Source: Candidatus Saccharimonadota bacterium
GTDB lineage: Archaea > Nanohalarchaeota > Nanosalinia > Nanosalinales > Nanosalinaceae
DNA length: 32,000 bases
Direction of reading: 5' to 3'
Assembly: GCA_001761425.1 (NCBI GenBank)
Contig: CP012986.1
Coordinates: forward strand, 930,001-962,000
The position numbers were made by a program, and so were the translations under genes. A model generated the notes under the pieces. The model saw only the letters and a program-made list of their open reading frames with translations. It was not told the DNA's origin and did no database searches. Below, piece by piece: positions 8,809 to 17,443 of this stretch (the stretch's first letter is position 1; every line of letters starts with the position of its first letter).

Positions 8809-8844
8809 CCTTACAACCACGAGTGCTAATACGGTGAATTTATC

Positions 8845-9162
8845 TTGGCTGACGTAGTTCAGGAAGTGAAGAAAGCAGAAACGGACGCTGACGAAATAAT
8901 CGAGGAAGCGAGGGAAAACAAAGAGGAAATGATAGACGAGGCTAGACAGAAAGCCGATGAGATAGTTGAAGACGCCAAGGAAAGTTCCCAGGAGCGGAAA
9001 GAAACCAGGCTCCAGGAGTTCAGAAAAGAACTCGAGGACAGAAAAAACGAAATCATTGAGGAAGGAGAGAACAAGGCAAATGACGTCAGAGAATCTGCCT
9101 CAGACAACATATCAGACGCTGAAAAACTCTTGATGGATAAATTCTCTGAAGAATACCTGTAG
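8845..9162 (+). CDS. atpH: A-type ATP synthase subunit H
   Basis: 105 aa, E/K-rich helical protein (AETDADEIIEEARENKEEMIDEARQKADEIV) in the first position of the canonical HIKECFABD order. The start codon is TTG. Confidence 0.75.
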   Translation: MADVVQEVKKAETDADEIIEEARENKEEMIDEARQKADEIVEDAKESSQERKETRLQEFRKELEDRKNEIIEEGENKANDVRESASDNISDAEKLLMDKFSEEYL

Positions 9163-9169
9163 AGACTAG

Positions 9170-11005
9170 GTGATAAAAATAAAACCTGCAGAGATGACCA
9201 AAATATCGATTACTGGCCCAAAATCCCAGCTAGAGACAACAATTGACACACTCCACAACCTAGGCCTTCTACACATCGAAGACTACGAGGGAGAGCTTGA
9301 AACCGGAGAACCAGGAGACGAGGCAGAAGAACTTTCCGAACTACTTGTTGACATCAGATCAGTTATCTCCAAACTACCTGAGAAAGAGGAAAAAAGAGAA
9401 GAAGTAAAGGCCTCGGTCGAAGAAGTTCAGGGGGAGTTCGAGGATATCAGAAATGATGTCGATCGTTTAAAGTCCGGTATCGAAGGCTCGAAGAGAGAAA
9501 TCAAAGAATTCGAGGAAGAAAAAGATTTTTACAGAAGTCTCAAAGGCTCAGGCCTTGATATACAGGAAGTAAGAGAGACGGAAAGTCTTGATGTTGCGGT
9601 TGCTGATTTTAAAGTTGATGAATTTAAAGAGGAAGTTAATACGGATCGCTATGATATCTTCAGAGGAAGTAAGGCCTCTGCTGTAGTTTTCGAGAAAAAT
9701 GTTTCCGCGGAGGTAAACTCTGCTCTGCAGGAGTCTGGAAGGAATATTTACAGTATCCCCGGTGATCTGCGGGAAGGTGTTCCCTCTGAGGCCTTGAGTA
9801 GTATTGACTCTGATATCGGTGATGCCGAGGCCGAGAAGGAAAAGTTTGAAAACGAGCTGAAGGTTCTTGCTGATGAATGGGCCGGGAAACTCCGTTTTGT
9901 CGAAGGTTTCCTGACTGAGAGGATTGAGAAGGCTGAGGCCCCTCTTAACTTTGCTACGACCGAAAGGGCTTTCATCGCCGAGGGATGGGTTCCTTCGGAC
10001 ATGTACGATGTTGTTGAGGAAGAGGTCGCTGAGTCAGCCGAGGGCAAAGTTCATATTCAGAAGGAGGAAGGCGAGGAGGCCCCTGTCAAGCACGATAATC
10101 CCGGAGCTGTCCAGTCATTCGAGTCTCTGACCGATCTGATGGCAGTTCCTAAATATAATGAGGTGGATCCTTCCGCCATTATCTTCCTGACCTTCCCGCT
10201 GTTCTTCGGTTTCATGATCGGAGACTTCGGATACGGTTTAACCACTTTCCTTGTGTTCTACGCAGGCTACAGAATGTTCGAAGGAGCAAGAGAGATATTC
10301 AAGTCTCTGATGTGGGCCTCAGTAGCGACCATGGCATTCGGACTCGCCTTTGGAGACGCCTTTGGCTTTGTAATATTCGGAAGCCATTCCATCTTGGCGG
10401 AGCAGTTCGGACTGGACATATTCGCCCAGATACCGTTACTATTCCACAGAGCGGAGCATCTTACCCAGGTATTCACAGTATCAGCACTGATAGGTCTTGT
10501 ACACGTTAACGCAGGCTATCTAGTAGGTGCTTACAACGAGTACAGCAGGCACGGTGCCAAAGAGGCCTTCCTTGAGAAAGGTTCATGGCTTCTGCTTGAG
10601 GCAGGAATCGCACTCTGGTACTTCATCGGTATGATGGCAGGCCTTCCAGTAGTACTGATCTCAATTATCGCTCTCTACCTGGGAGAAGGAGTCGAGGGTA
10701 TCGTAGAGATCCCTTCCCTCCTGTCGAATGTCCTGTCCTATTTCAGGATCTTCGGAGTCTCCGTCGCCGCAGTAGCACTGGCAGCAGTTGTGAACGGTAT
10801 CGCAGGCACAGCGTTTGCGACCGGAGGCCTGCTTGGAATAGCCTTGGGCACGGCGATCCTGGTAATCGGACATGTATTCAACACGTTCATCAAAATCATG
10901 GAAGGCTTCCTTCAGGGAATCCGACTTCACTACGTGGAGATGTTCGGAAAGTTCTATGAGGGAGGCGGTAAAAAATACGCTCCTTTCGGAGCACAGGAAC
11001 CATAA
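9170..11005 (+). CDS. atpI: A-type ATP synthase subunit I (stator a-subunit)
   Basis: 611 aa, with a soluble N-terminal half and a polytopic C-terminal half containing the LSYFRIFGVSVAA block (conserved Arg). The start codon is GTG. Confidence 0.9.
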   Translation: MIKIKPAEMTKISITGPKSQLETTIDTLHNLGLLHIEDYEGELETGEPGDEAEELSELLVDIRSVISKLPEKEEKREEVKASVEEVQGEFEDIRNDVDRLKSGIEGSKREIKEFEEEKDFYRSLKGSGLDIQEVRETESLDVAVADFKVDEFKEEVNTDRYDIFRGSKASAVVFEKNVSAEVNSALQESGRNIYSIPGDLREGVPSEALSSIDSDIGDAEAEKEKFENELKVLADEWAGKLRFVEGFLTERIEKAEAPLNFATTERAFIAEGWVPSDMYDVVEEEVAESAEGKVHIQKEEGEEAPVKHDNPGAVQSFESLTDLMAVPKYNEVDPSAIIFLTFPLFFGFMIGDFGYGLTTFLVFYAGYRMFEGAREIFKSLMWASVATMAFGLAFGDAFGFVIFGSHSILAEQFGLDIFAQIPLLFHRAEHLTQVFTVSALIGLVHVNAGYLVGAYNEYSRHGAKEAFLEKGSWLLLEAGIALWYFIGMMAGLPVVLISIIALYLGEGVEGIVEIPSLLSNVLSYFRIFGVSVAAVALAAVVNGIAGTAFATGGLLGIALGTAILVIGHVFNTFIKIMEGFLQGIRLHYVEMFGKFYEGGGKKYAPFGAQEP

Positions 11006-11019
11006 GGTTCCAGTTAGCA

Positions 11020-11041
11020 GAAAATCCCCTTAAGGATTTTC
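11020..11041 (+). promoter_or_regulatory. 8-bp stem hairpin in the atpI-atpK spacer
   Basis: GAAAATCC-ccttaa-GGATTTTC. A GAGGTGA Shine-Dalgarno sequence (11055-11061) and the atpK ATG at 11072 follow it. Confidence 0.4.
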
Positions 11042-11071
11042 AAAAATTATGTTTGAGGTGAAAATCAACTA

Positions 11072-11311
11072 ATGGCAACAGGAGCAGAAGCAGCAGGAAT
11101 CGGAGCCTATCCTGCAATCGGTGCTGCAGTAGCTATCGCAGTTACTGCACTTGCTACAGCATGGGCTCAGGCAAAAATCGGAGCAGCTGGCGTTGGAGCA
11201 CTTGCAGAAGACGACAGCCTCTTCGGTAACGTCCTGATCCTCACAGTTATCCCGGAGACAATGGTTATCTTCGGACTTGTAGTAGCACTGGTTGTAACAG
11301 GCTTCATCTAA
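11072..11311 (+). CDS. atpK: A-type ATP synthase proteolipid subunit K (c)
   Basis: 79 aa forming one hairpin of two TM helices, G/A-rich, with the ion-binding Glu in VIPETMVIFG. Confidence 0.9.
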   Translation: MATGAEAAGIGAYPAIGAAVAIAVTALATAWAQAKIGAAGVGALAEDDSLFGNVLILTVIPETMVIFGLVVALVVTGFI

Positions 11312-11319
11312 AAACCATC

Positions 11320-11340
11320 GAAGGGCCACCAAGGCCCTTC
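11320..11340 (+). terminator. GC-rich hairpin plus T-rich tract after atpK (possible intra-operon attenuator)
   Basis: GAAGGGCC-accaa-GGCCCTTC begins 9 nt after the atpK stop and is followed by CCTTACCATTTATTT. Confidence 0.4.
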
Positions 11341-11390
11341 CCTTACCATTTATTTAACACAGAACAAAGAAAACGAGGAAAAAAGATACT

Positions 11391-11945
11391 ATGGGACTTG
11401 AAGAAGTTAAATCCGACATCTTGAAAGAAGCACAGCAGAAATCAGACGAAATCATCGAAGAAGCAGAAGAGGAAAAAGACAAGATCCTCGAAGAAGCAGA
11501 AACTGAAGCGGAAGAAATCAGGGCTGAGACGGAAAAAGAGATCAAGAGAGAGAAAGAGGCCCTGGAGAAGCAGGAGCTTTCTAACGCCCGTATGAAGGCA
11601 AAACAGGAAAAGCTGTCCGCCAAACAGAAAGAACTTGACAGAGCCTTCAACGAGTTCAGAAGCAAACTTGAAGACCTGGACAGTGAGGAAAGGAAGGCCT
11701 TTGTTGAAAACGTTATCCAGGAAACCAGCTTTGAAGTCTCGAAGGTTCAGGGCAGTGAAGAGTTCAAAGAAGCTCTGGATCAGGGGAAAACTGATTTCGA
11801 GGAGACTGAAAGGCCTGGAGTTGTCCTGATCTCCGAAGATGGTTCTATGAGGCGTGATTTCAGTTTTGAACGTATCCTGGAAAATTTCAGGTCCGAGTAC
11901 AGGAAGGATGTAGCGGAGACTCTGTTTCCGGAGGGCGAAGAATGA
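11391..11945 (+). CDS. atpE: A-type ATP synthase subunit E
   Basis: 184 aa with a long charged N-terminal helix and a globular C-terminus, in the expected operon position. It overlaps atpC by ATGA. Confidence 0.85.
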   Translation: MGLEEVKSDILKEAQQKSDEIIEEAEEEKDKILEEAETEAEEIRAETEKEIKREKEALEKQELSNARMKAKQEKLSAKQKELDRAFNEFRSKLEDLDSEERKAFVENVIQETSFEVSKVQGSEEFKEALDQGKTDFEETERPGVVLISEDGSMRRDFSFERILENFRSEYRKDVAETLFPEGEE

Positions 11946-12940
11946 GAGATTATCCCTACATGACCGCTAGAGTATCGGCGAAAAAGAAGAAGCTGCTTGA
12001 CCAGGGAGATTACGAGAACCTGCTGAAGATGCAGCCGAACGAGATAGCCCGCAGACTGGGCGAAGGAGCTTACCAGGACGATATAGATGAGCTTGGATCC
12101 AAGTACGAGGGCGCAAGACTTGTAGAACTTGCTCTAACGAGAAATCTTTCCAGGACACTTTCAGATCTTGTTGATATGTCCCCGGAGACACTTCAGAGAA
12201 TTATAACTGTATATTTAAGACGCTACGATATTCTCAGCCTGAAAAGACTCTTGAGATGGAAAAAATCAGGAGAAAAAGGAGATATCCATGATCTACTGAC
12301 TCCTGTAGGAAGCTACACGTACGGAGACCTGAAAGAGCTTTCAGAAAAAACTACAGAAGAGATAATAAACGACATAGAATTCACGGACTCGGAGATCGAT
12401 TACTCAGAGTACCTGGAAGGCAAAAAAGAGATTTCTGGACTGGAGACAGCTCTGGACCAGGCCTACTTCGATGAACTAGGCCTTCTAGCAGACAGCACCC
12501 GGAACAGCGATCTCAAGGAATTCATCCAGACTGAAATGGAGCATCAGAACATCAAGATTGCATTGAGATTGAAGAAATACGGTATCAGCAGTGAAGAAGT
12601 CAGCAAAAGGATGCTCAAGATCGACAACGGCAAGGTCGTGGAAAAGATCGTGGAAGCCCGTGATTTCGAGGAAGGTATAGAGAGAGTGAAGGATTCAGGC
12701 CTTTTGCCTGAACGGGCTTCTGATGATCTCGAGGATATCGAGCATGAGATGCAGGTTAAAAGGCTTTCTGAGGCCTTATCTACTTTCCACAGGGAGCCTC
12801 TGGGCATCACTCCGATCATCGGTTATGTTATCGCAAAGATTACAGAGGTCAGGAACCTGAGGATGCTGATCCGTGCGAAGGAAACCGGTATTCAGAACAA
12901 TGATACGATCAGGCGCAACCTGGTCATGGAGCACAGGTGA
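11942..12940 (+). CDS. atpC: A-type ATP synthase subunit C
   Basis: 332 aa. The N-terminus YPYMTARVSAKKKKLL...Y..LL is typical of AtpC (V-type d homologue). Confidence 0.85.
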   Translation: MRDYPYMTARVSAKKKKLLDQGDYENLLKMQPNEIARRLGEGAYQDDIDELGSKYEGARLVELALTRNLSRTLSDLVDMSPETLQRIITVYLRRYDILSLKRLLRWKKSGEKGDIHDLLTPVGSYTYGDLKELSEKTTEEIINDIEFTDSEIDYSEYLEGKKEISGLETALDQAYFDELGLLADSTRNSDLKEFIQTEMEHQNIKIALRLKKYGISSEEVSKRMLKIDNGKVVEKIVEARDFEEGIERVKDSGLLPERASDDLEDIEHEMQVKRLSEALSTFHREPLGITPIIGYVIAKITEVRNLRMLIRAKETGIQNNDTIRRNLVMEHR

Positions 12941-13257
12941 TTAGAATGGAAAAACAGCGCAAGAAAGAAATTGCAGCGATCGGCAGCGAGGAGTTCACTC
13001 TAGGCTTCGAGCTTGCTGGTGTAAAGAAAGTTTTCAACCCCGAGAACTACACGGAAAAGATCCAGGAACTGACCGAAAGAGAAGATCTAGGCATAGTGAT
13101 CGTTGAGGAATCAGACCTAGAAAAGATCCCGGCCAGGATCAGAAGAGATGTAGAGGAATCAGTAGAACCAGTAGTTGTCGCACTGAGCGAAGAAGCAGAA
13201 AGCGAAAGACTTCAGGACAAAATCAAGAGAGCTATTGGAGCAGACATCACACAGTAG
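12937..13257 (+). CDS. atpF: A-type ATP synthase subunit F
   Basis: About 103-106 aa, with the IAAIGSEEFTLGFELAGV block. It starts at a GTG at 12937 (GTGA overlap with atpC) or at the ATG at 12946. Confidence 0.85.
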   Translation: MIRMEKQRKKEIAAIGSEEFTLGFELAGVKKVFNPENYTEKIQELTEREDLGIVIVEESDLEKIPARIRRDVEESVEPVVVALSEEAESERLQDKIKRAIGADITQ

Positions 13258-13272
13258 AGGATCAGAATTTCA

Positions 13273-13377
13273 ATGAACACACAAGCACAGATTTCAGAAA
13301 ACAGATACTACAAGGTGAATCAACAAAATGAAAATTCAAACAACTTTCATAGAGAAGACCAGAGAGGTGGTCTCTAA
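13273..13377 (+). other. candidate small ORF A (34 codons) in the atpF-atpA spacer
   Basis: The ATG is preceded by GAGGA (13257-13261). Translation is MNTQAQISENRYYKVNQQNENSNNFHREDQRGGL. Its TAA stop is immediately followed by the ATG at 13378. Confidence 0.25.
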
Positions 13378-13381
13378 ATGA
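13328..13381 (+). other. candidate small ORF (17 codons, MKIQTTFIEKTREVVSK), alternative frame
   Basis: AAGGTGA at 13312-13318 lies upstream of the ATG. The stop overlaps the ATG at 13378 as ATGA. It shares the start context AAAATGAAAATT with the small ORF at 15177. Confidence 0.25.
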
Positions 13382-13437
13382 GTCAACAGGATCTTGAAAG
13401 GAAAGACAAATCCGAAGATTACGGAGGTGGTCTTTGA
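13378..13437 (+). other. candidate small ORF B (19 codons, [19 protein letters not shown])
   Basis: It is preceded by GAGGTGGTCT (13364-13373). Its TGA overlaps the atpA ATG as TGATG. Confidence 0.3.
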
Positions 13438-15164
13438 TGGGCGAAATCCACAAAGTCACAGGACCGGTTGTAGTAGCGACCGGGATGAACCCTCAGATGT
13501 ACGACGTCGTATCTGTAGGAGAAGAAGGCCTGATGGGCGAGGTCATCCAGATCGAAGGAGACCACGCATACATACAGGTATACGAAGACACGACAGGAGT
13601 AAAACCGGGAGAACCAGTAGAAAACACAGAAGAACCGCTCTCAGTGGAACTTGGGCCAGGCCTACTTGGTTCGATCTACGACGGACTTCAGAGGCCTCTT
13701 CCACAGCTCCAGGACCAGACTGGAGACTTCATCGCAAGAGGAGAGTCCGCAGCAGGAATTGACCTTGATCAAGAGTTCGACTTCAGGCCTTCCGTTGAGG
13801 AAGGAGATACTGTCAAGCAGGGAGATATTATCGGACGCGTAGAGGTAGATTACGGAACCCACAAAGTACTGGTACCTCCTGGGACAGAAGGAAAGGTAGC
13901 ACAGGTCAGTTCCGGAGAACACACGGTAACAGAGACAGTCGTCGCACTTGAAAACGGCGAAGAAATCCAGATGAGACAGGAATGGCCTATCAGGCAGGAA
14001 AGACCTGTCGAAGACGACAAAAGGCCTGAAGTACCGCTGATCACAGGTCAGAGAGTGCTTGACGGCATGTTCCCGATCGCAAAAGGAGGAACAGCAGCGA
14101 TTCCAGGGCCTTTCGGTTCAGGGAAGACAGTTACACAGCAATCTTTGGCCAAGTTCTCCGACGCAGACATTATTGTCTACATCGGATGCGGAGAACGTGG
14201 AAACGAGATGACAGAGGTACTTGAAGAGTTCCCGGAACTTGAGGATCCGCAGACAGGCGACAAGATAATCAACAGAACAGTACTGATTGCGAACACTTCG
14301 AACATGCCTGTAGCAGCGAGAGAGGCCTCGATCTATACTGGAGTAACTATCGCAGAGTATTTCAGAGACATGGGTCTAGACGTTGCGCTGATGGCAGATT
14401 CTACAAGCCGTTGGGCAGAGGCCATGCGTGAGGTATCAGCAAGACTCGAAGAGATGCCCGGTGAGAGAGGATACCCGGCATACCTTGCTTCCAGGCTCGC
14501 TGAGTTCTATGAGAGAGCAGGAAGAGTCGAGCCTCTTGCAGATGAGGATCCTGGTTCTGTCTCAATTATCGGAGCAGTTTCTCCACCAGGAGGAGATTTC
14601 TCGGAGCCTGTAACCCAGAACACGCTCAGAGTTGTGAAAAACTTCTGGGCACTTGACTCCGATCTTGCGGAGAAGAGGCACTTCCCTGCGATCAACTGGG
14701 AGGATAGTTATTCAGGTTACAGCGAGATGCTTTCCGATTACTTCGAGGAAGAGGTTCATGAGGACTGGACACAGAAGATCCAGCGTGCTCGTGACCTGCT
14801 TCAGAAGGATGGAGATCTTCAGGAAACAGTCCAGCTCGTTGGTAAGGACGCATTACCTGACAGGGAAAGACTTACACTTGAGATCGCAACACTGATCAAG
14901 GAGTTCTTCCTTCAACAGAATGCGTTCCACTCAGTCGACGAGTATTCCTCTCCTGAGAAATCCTATCACGTACTTGATCTGATCCTGAAATGGGGTGACA
15001 AGGCCTACAAAGCTCTGGAAGATGGAGCACTTGTAGAGGATATAGTCGGCCTGGACTCCAAGAACAGGATCGCAGAGCTCAAGTTCAACGAGGATTACAT
15101 GGAGATCAAGGAAGACGTTCAAAACCAGATGAGAGAAGAGTTCGACCAGGTTGTCGAACAGTAG
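13437..15164 (+). CDS. atpA: A-type ATP synthase catalytic subunit A
   Basis: Walker [13 protein letters not shown] is present and the overall AtpA blocks align. The ATG at 13437 has a GGAGGTGG Shine-Dalgarno sequence at 13423-13430. Length gives no sign of an intein. Confidence 0.95.
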   Translation: MGEIHKVTGPVVVATGMNPQMYDVVSVGEEGLMGEVIQIEGDHAYIQVYEDTTGVKPGEPVENTEEPLSVELGPGLLGSIYDGLQRPLPQLQDQTGDFIARGESAAGIDLDQEFDFRPSVEEGDTVKQGDIIGRVEVDYGTHKVLVPPGTEGKVAQVSSGEHTVTETVVALENGEEIQMRQEWPIRQERPVEDDKRPEVPLITGQRVLDGMFPIAKGGTAAIPGPFGSGKTVTQQSLAKFSDADIIVYIGCGERGNEMTEVLEEFPELEDPQTGDKIINRTVLIANTSNMPVAAREASIYTGVTIAEYFRDMGLDVALMADSTSRWAEAMREVSARLEEMPGERGYPAYLASRLAEFYERAGRVEPLADEDPGSVSIIGAVSPPGGDFSEPVTQNTLRVVKNFWALDSDLAEKRHFPAINWEDSYSGYSEMLSDYFEEEVHEDWTQKIQRARDLLQKDGDLQETVQLVGKDALPDRERLTLEIATLIKEFFLQQNAFHSVDEYSSPEKSYHVLDLILKWGDKAYKALEDGALVEDIVGLDSKNRIAELKFNEDYMEIKEDVQNQMREEFDQVVEQ

Positions 15165-15176
15165 AGGTAACCGAAA

Positions 15177-15230
15177 ATGAAAATTTCAGGAAATTTTCTT
15201 GGTTGCCAATCACAAGGTGATAGCCAATGA
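15177..15230 (+). other. candidate small ORF (17 codons, [17 protein letters not shown]) in the atpA-atpB spacer
   Basis: GAGGTAA at 15164-15170 lies upstream of the ATG. The stop overlaps the atpB ATG as ATGA. Confidence 0.25.
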
Positions 15231-16630
15231 CACAGAAAGAATATCAGACGATCAAAGAAGTTAAGGACCCGCTTGTATTCGTGGAGAAAACCGAAAACGT
15301 AGCCTACGGAGACATCGTAGAGGTAGAGACAGCTGACGGAGAAGTCAAGACAGGAGAAGTCCTGGAGACTTCAAAGGACGTAGTAATCGTCCAGCTCTAC
15401 GAGGAGACAACAGGAGTAGGGAGAGACGCGCGCGTAAGGTTCATGAACCAGAACGTCAAGATGCCAGTAACAGAAGACCTGCTTGGAAGAGTCCTTGACG
15501 GAACAGGAGATCCTATCGACGAAGGCCCGGAGATCATCCCTGAAGAAGAAAGAGATATCCAGGGAGAAGCTATCAACCCTTACAGCAGAGAGCTTCCAGA
15601 GGACTTCATCCAGACAGGGATCTCGAGTATTGACGTTATGAACACGCTTGTTCGTGGACAGAAGCTTCCTATCTTCTCAGGATCAGGCCTTCCCCACAAC
15701 GACCTCGCTATGCAGGTCGCAAGACAGGCCGATGTACAGGGAGAAGATGAGGAATTCGCAGTAATCTTCGCAGGAATGGGAATCACAGAAGAAGAATCCC
15801 AGGAATTCATCGAGGAGTTCGAAGAGACAGGGGCACTGGAAAGATCAGTAGTATTCCTGAACAAAGCTTCAGATCCAGCGCCGGAGAGAATCATCACACC
15901 ACGTCTGGCACTGACAACAGCGGAATACCTCGCATACGAGAAAGGGTATGAAGTGCTTGTCATTATGACAGACATGACCAACTACTGCAACGCCCTGAGA
16001 GAGGTTTCCGCAGCAAGAGAAGAAGTTCCAGGACGCAGAGGATACCCTGGATACATGTACACAGACCTGGCAGAACTTTACGAACGTGCTGGTATCATCC
16101 AGGGAAGAAGTGGTTCTGTAACACAGATCCCGATCCTCTCGATGCCTAACGATGATATGACACATCCGATCCCTGACCTCACAGGATATATCACAGAGGG
16201 ACAGATCGTAGTAGACAGAGATCTCGACAGCCAGGGATACAGGCCTCCAGTCGATGTCCTTCCAAGCCTTTCCAGACTTGAGGATAACGGAATTGGGGAA
16301 GGATACACACGTGAAGATCATGGAGACCTATCCGACCAGCTGTACGCAATGTACGCTGAAGGACAGGACCTTAGAGACCTGGTATCAATTGTCGGAGAAG
16401 ACGCACTCTCCGAGAGGGATGAAAAGATTCTGAACTTCACAAGAGAGTTCGAGAAAGAGTTCATCAACCAGGGATGGAAGACGGACAGAGACATCGAACA
16501 GTCACTGGACAAGGGATGGGAACTGCTATCCATGATCCCTGAAGGAGAACTCACAAGAATCGACCAGGAAACCAAGGATAAATACCTCGACATCCAAACC
16601 CAGGAAACAGAACAAGAGGAAGAAGAGTAA
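15227..16630 (+). CDS. atpB: A-type ATP synthase subunit B
   Basis: 467 aa with typical AtpB blocks ([30 protein letters not shown]). An AAGGTGA Shine-Dalgarno sequence is at 15214-15220. Confidence 0.95.
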   Translation: MTQKEYQTIKEVKDPLVFVEKTENVAYGDIVEVETADGEVKTGEVLETSKDVVIVQLYEETTGVGRDARVRFMNQNVKMPVTEDLLGRVLDGTGDPIDEGPEIIPEEERDIQGEAINPYSRELPEDFIQTGISSIDVMNTLVRGQKLPIFSGSGLPHNDLAMQVARQADVQGEDEEFAVIFAGMGITEEESQEFIEEFEETGALERSVVFLNKASDPAPERIITPRLALTTAEYLAYEKGYEVLVIMTDMTNYCNALREVSAAREEVPGRRGYPGYMYTDLAELYERAGIIQGRSGSVTQIPILSMPNDDMTHPIPDLTGYITEGQIVVDRDLDSQGYRPPVDVLPSLSRLEDNGIGEGYTREDHGDLSDQLYAMYAEGQDLRDLVSIVGEDALSERDEKILNFTREFEKEFINQGWKTDRDIEQSLDKGWELLSMIPEGELTRIDQETKDKYLDIQTQETEQEEEE

Positions 16631-16638
16631 AAACCTTC

Positions 16639-16660
16639 AAGGCCTCTCAAGGCCTTTTTT
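16639..16660 (+). terminator. hairpin built from two AGGCCT copies plus a T6 run after atpB
   Basis: AAGGCCT-ctca-AGGCCTT followed by TTTTTT (16655-16660). It begins 9 nt after the atpB stop. Confidence 0.45.
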
Positions 16661-16681
16661 CCCTCTATTCACTGATATACG

Positions 16682-17317
16682 ATGGCACAGGACGTTAAAC
16701 CTACAAGGTCTGAAGAACTTCGTTTGAAGGAGCGTATCGAGCTTGCGGAGAACGGTCATGAGATCCTTGAGAAAAAGCGTGATGGTTTGATTCACGAATT
16801 CATGGAGATCATAGACGATGCAAAGGAGGTCAACCAGGAACTTGCTGATCTTTACTCCCAGGCCCAGCTCAAGATGATGCTCGGAAAGGTCTATGACGGA
16901 GAGGATACAGTGAAAGCGAACGCTATGGCTGTTGAACAGGAGATCGAGATCTCTCTTGAAGCACAGAACATTATGGGAGTCAAGGTCCCGGAGATCGAAT
17001 CAGAGAACAAGATACAGAGAAAGATACTCGACAGAGAATACGGAACTACATCCACATCCTCCAGGATAGACTCCACAGCAGACAAATACGAGGAACTTCT
17101 GGAACAGATCGTTGACGCAGCCGAGACCCAGACAAAAATCCTCAAACTCCTGGATGAGATAGAAAAAACCAAGAGAAGAGTAAACGCATTAGAACACAAG
17201 ACAATCCCGGAAATGAAAGACGCACAGAGCCAGGTCTCACAGGTCCTCCAGGAACGGGCAAGAGAAGAAACCTTCCGGATGAAAAAAATCAAAGAAATGC
17301 AGGAAGAAAACGAATAA
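16682..17317 (+). CDS. atpD: A-type ATP synthase subunit D
   Basis: 211 aa. The N-terminus KPTRSEELRLKERIELAENGHEILEKKRDGLIHEF is typical of AtpD. Confidence 0.9.
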   Translation: MAQDVKPTRSEELRLKERIELAENGHEILEKKRDGLIHEFMEIIDDAKEVNQELADLYSQAQLKMMLGKVYDGEDTVKANAMAVEQEIEISLEAQNIMGVKVPEIESENKIQRKILDREYGTTSTSSRIDSTADKYEELLEQIVDAAETQTKILKLLDEIEKTKRRVNALEHKTIPEMKDAQSQVSQVLQERAREETFRMKKIKEMQEENE

Positions 17318-17443
17318 ACAACAAAGGCCTTCTTCCCCTCATCTTTCTTAGAGATTCAGCGCCTATTTCTCTACTGTCCAGAGCAAAAATCTCAACCATA
17401 GCTATCTGTAGAGGTCTCTGAAGTCCGTCGTAGAGTTCAAATC

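Noticed and set aside
8707-8820. A 38-codon N-terminal extension of trm1 in the ORF track.
   Set aside because: Trm1 homologues begin close to the MEERGLEVF...FFNEKM region. The extension would consume the divergent promoter region shared with atpH.
11069-11332. An 87-aa cysteine-rich ORF antisense to atpK, which superficially resembles a Cys-rich peptide.
   Set aside because: The Cys codons are the complement of the GCA/GCN alanine codons of the proteolipid gene. There are no start signals, and the sense gene is unambiguous.
13394-13762. A 122-aa arginine-rich ORF overlapping the 5' end of atpA.
   Set aside because: It is an alternative frame of a highly conserved gene. It translates to RR-rich low-complexity sequence, and its start lies inside the spacer small ORF with no independent signal.
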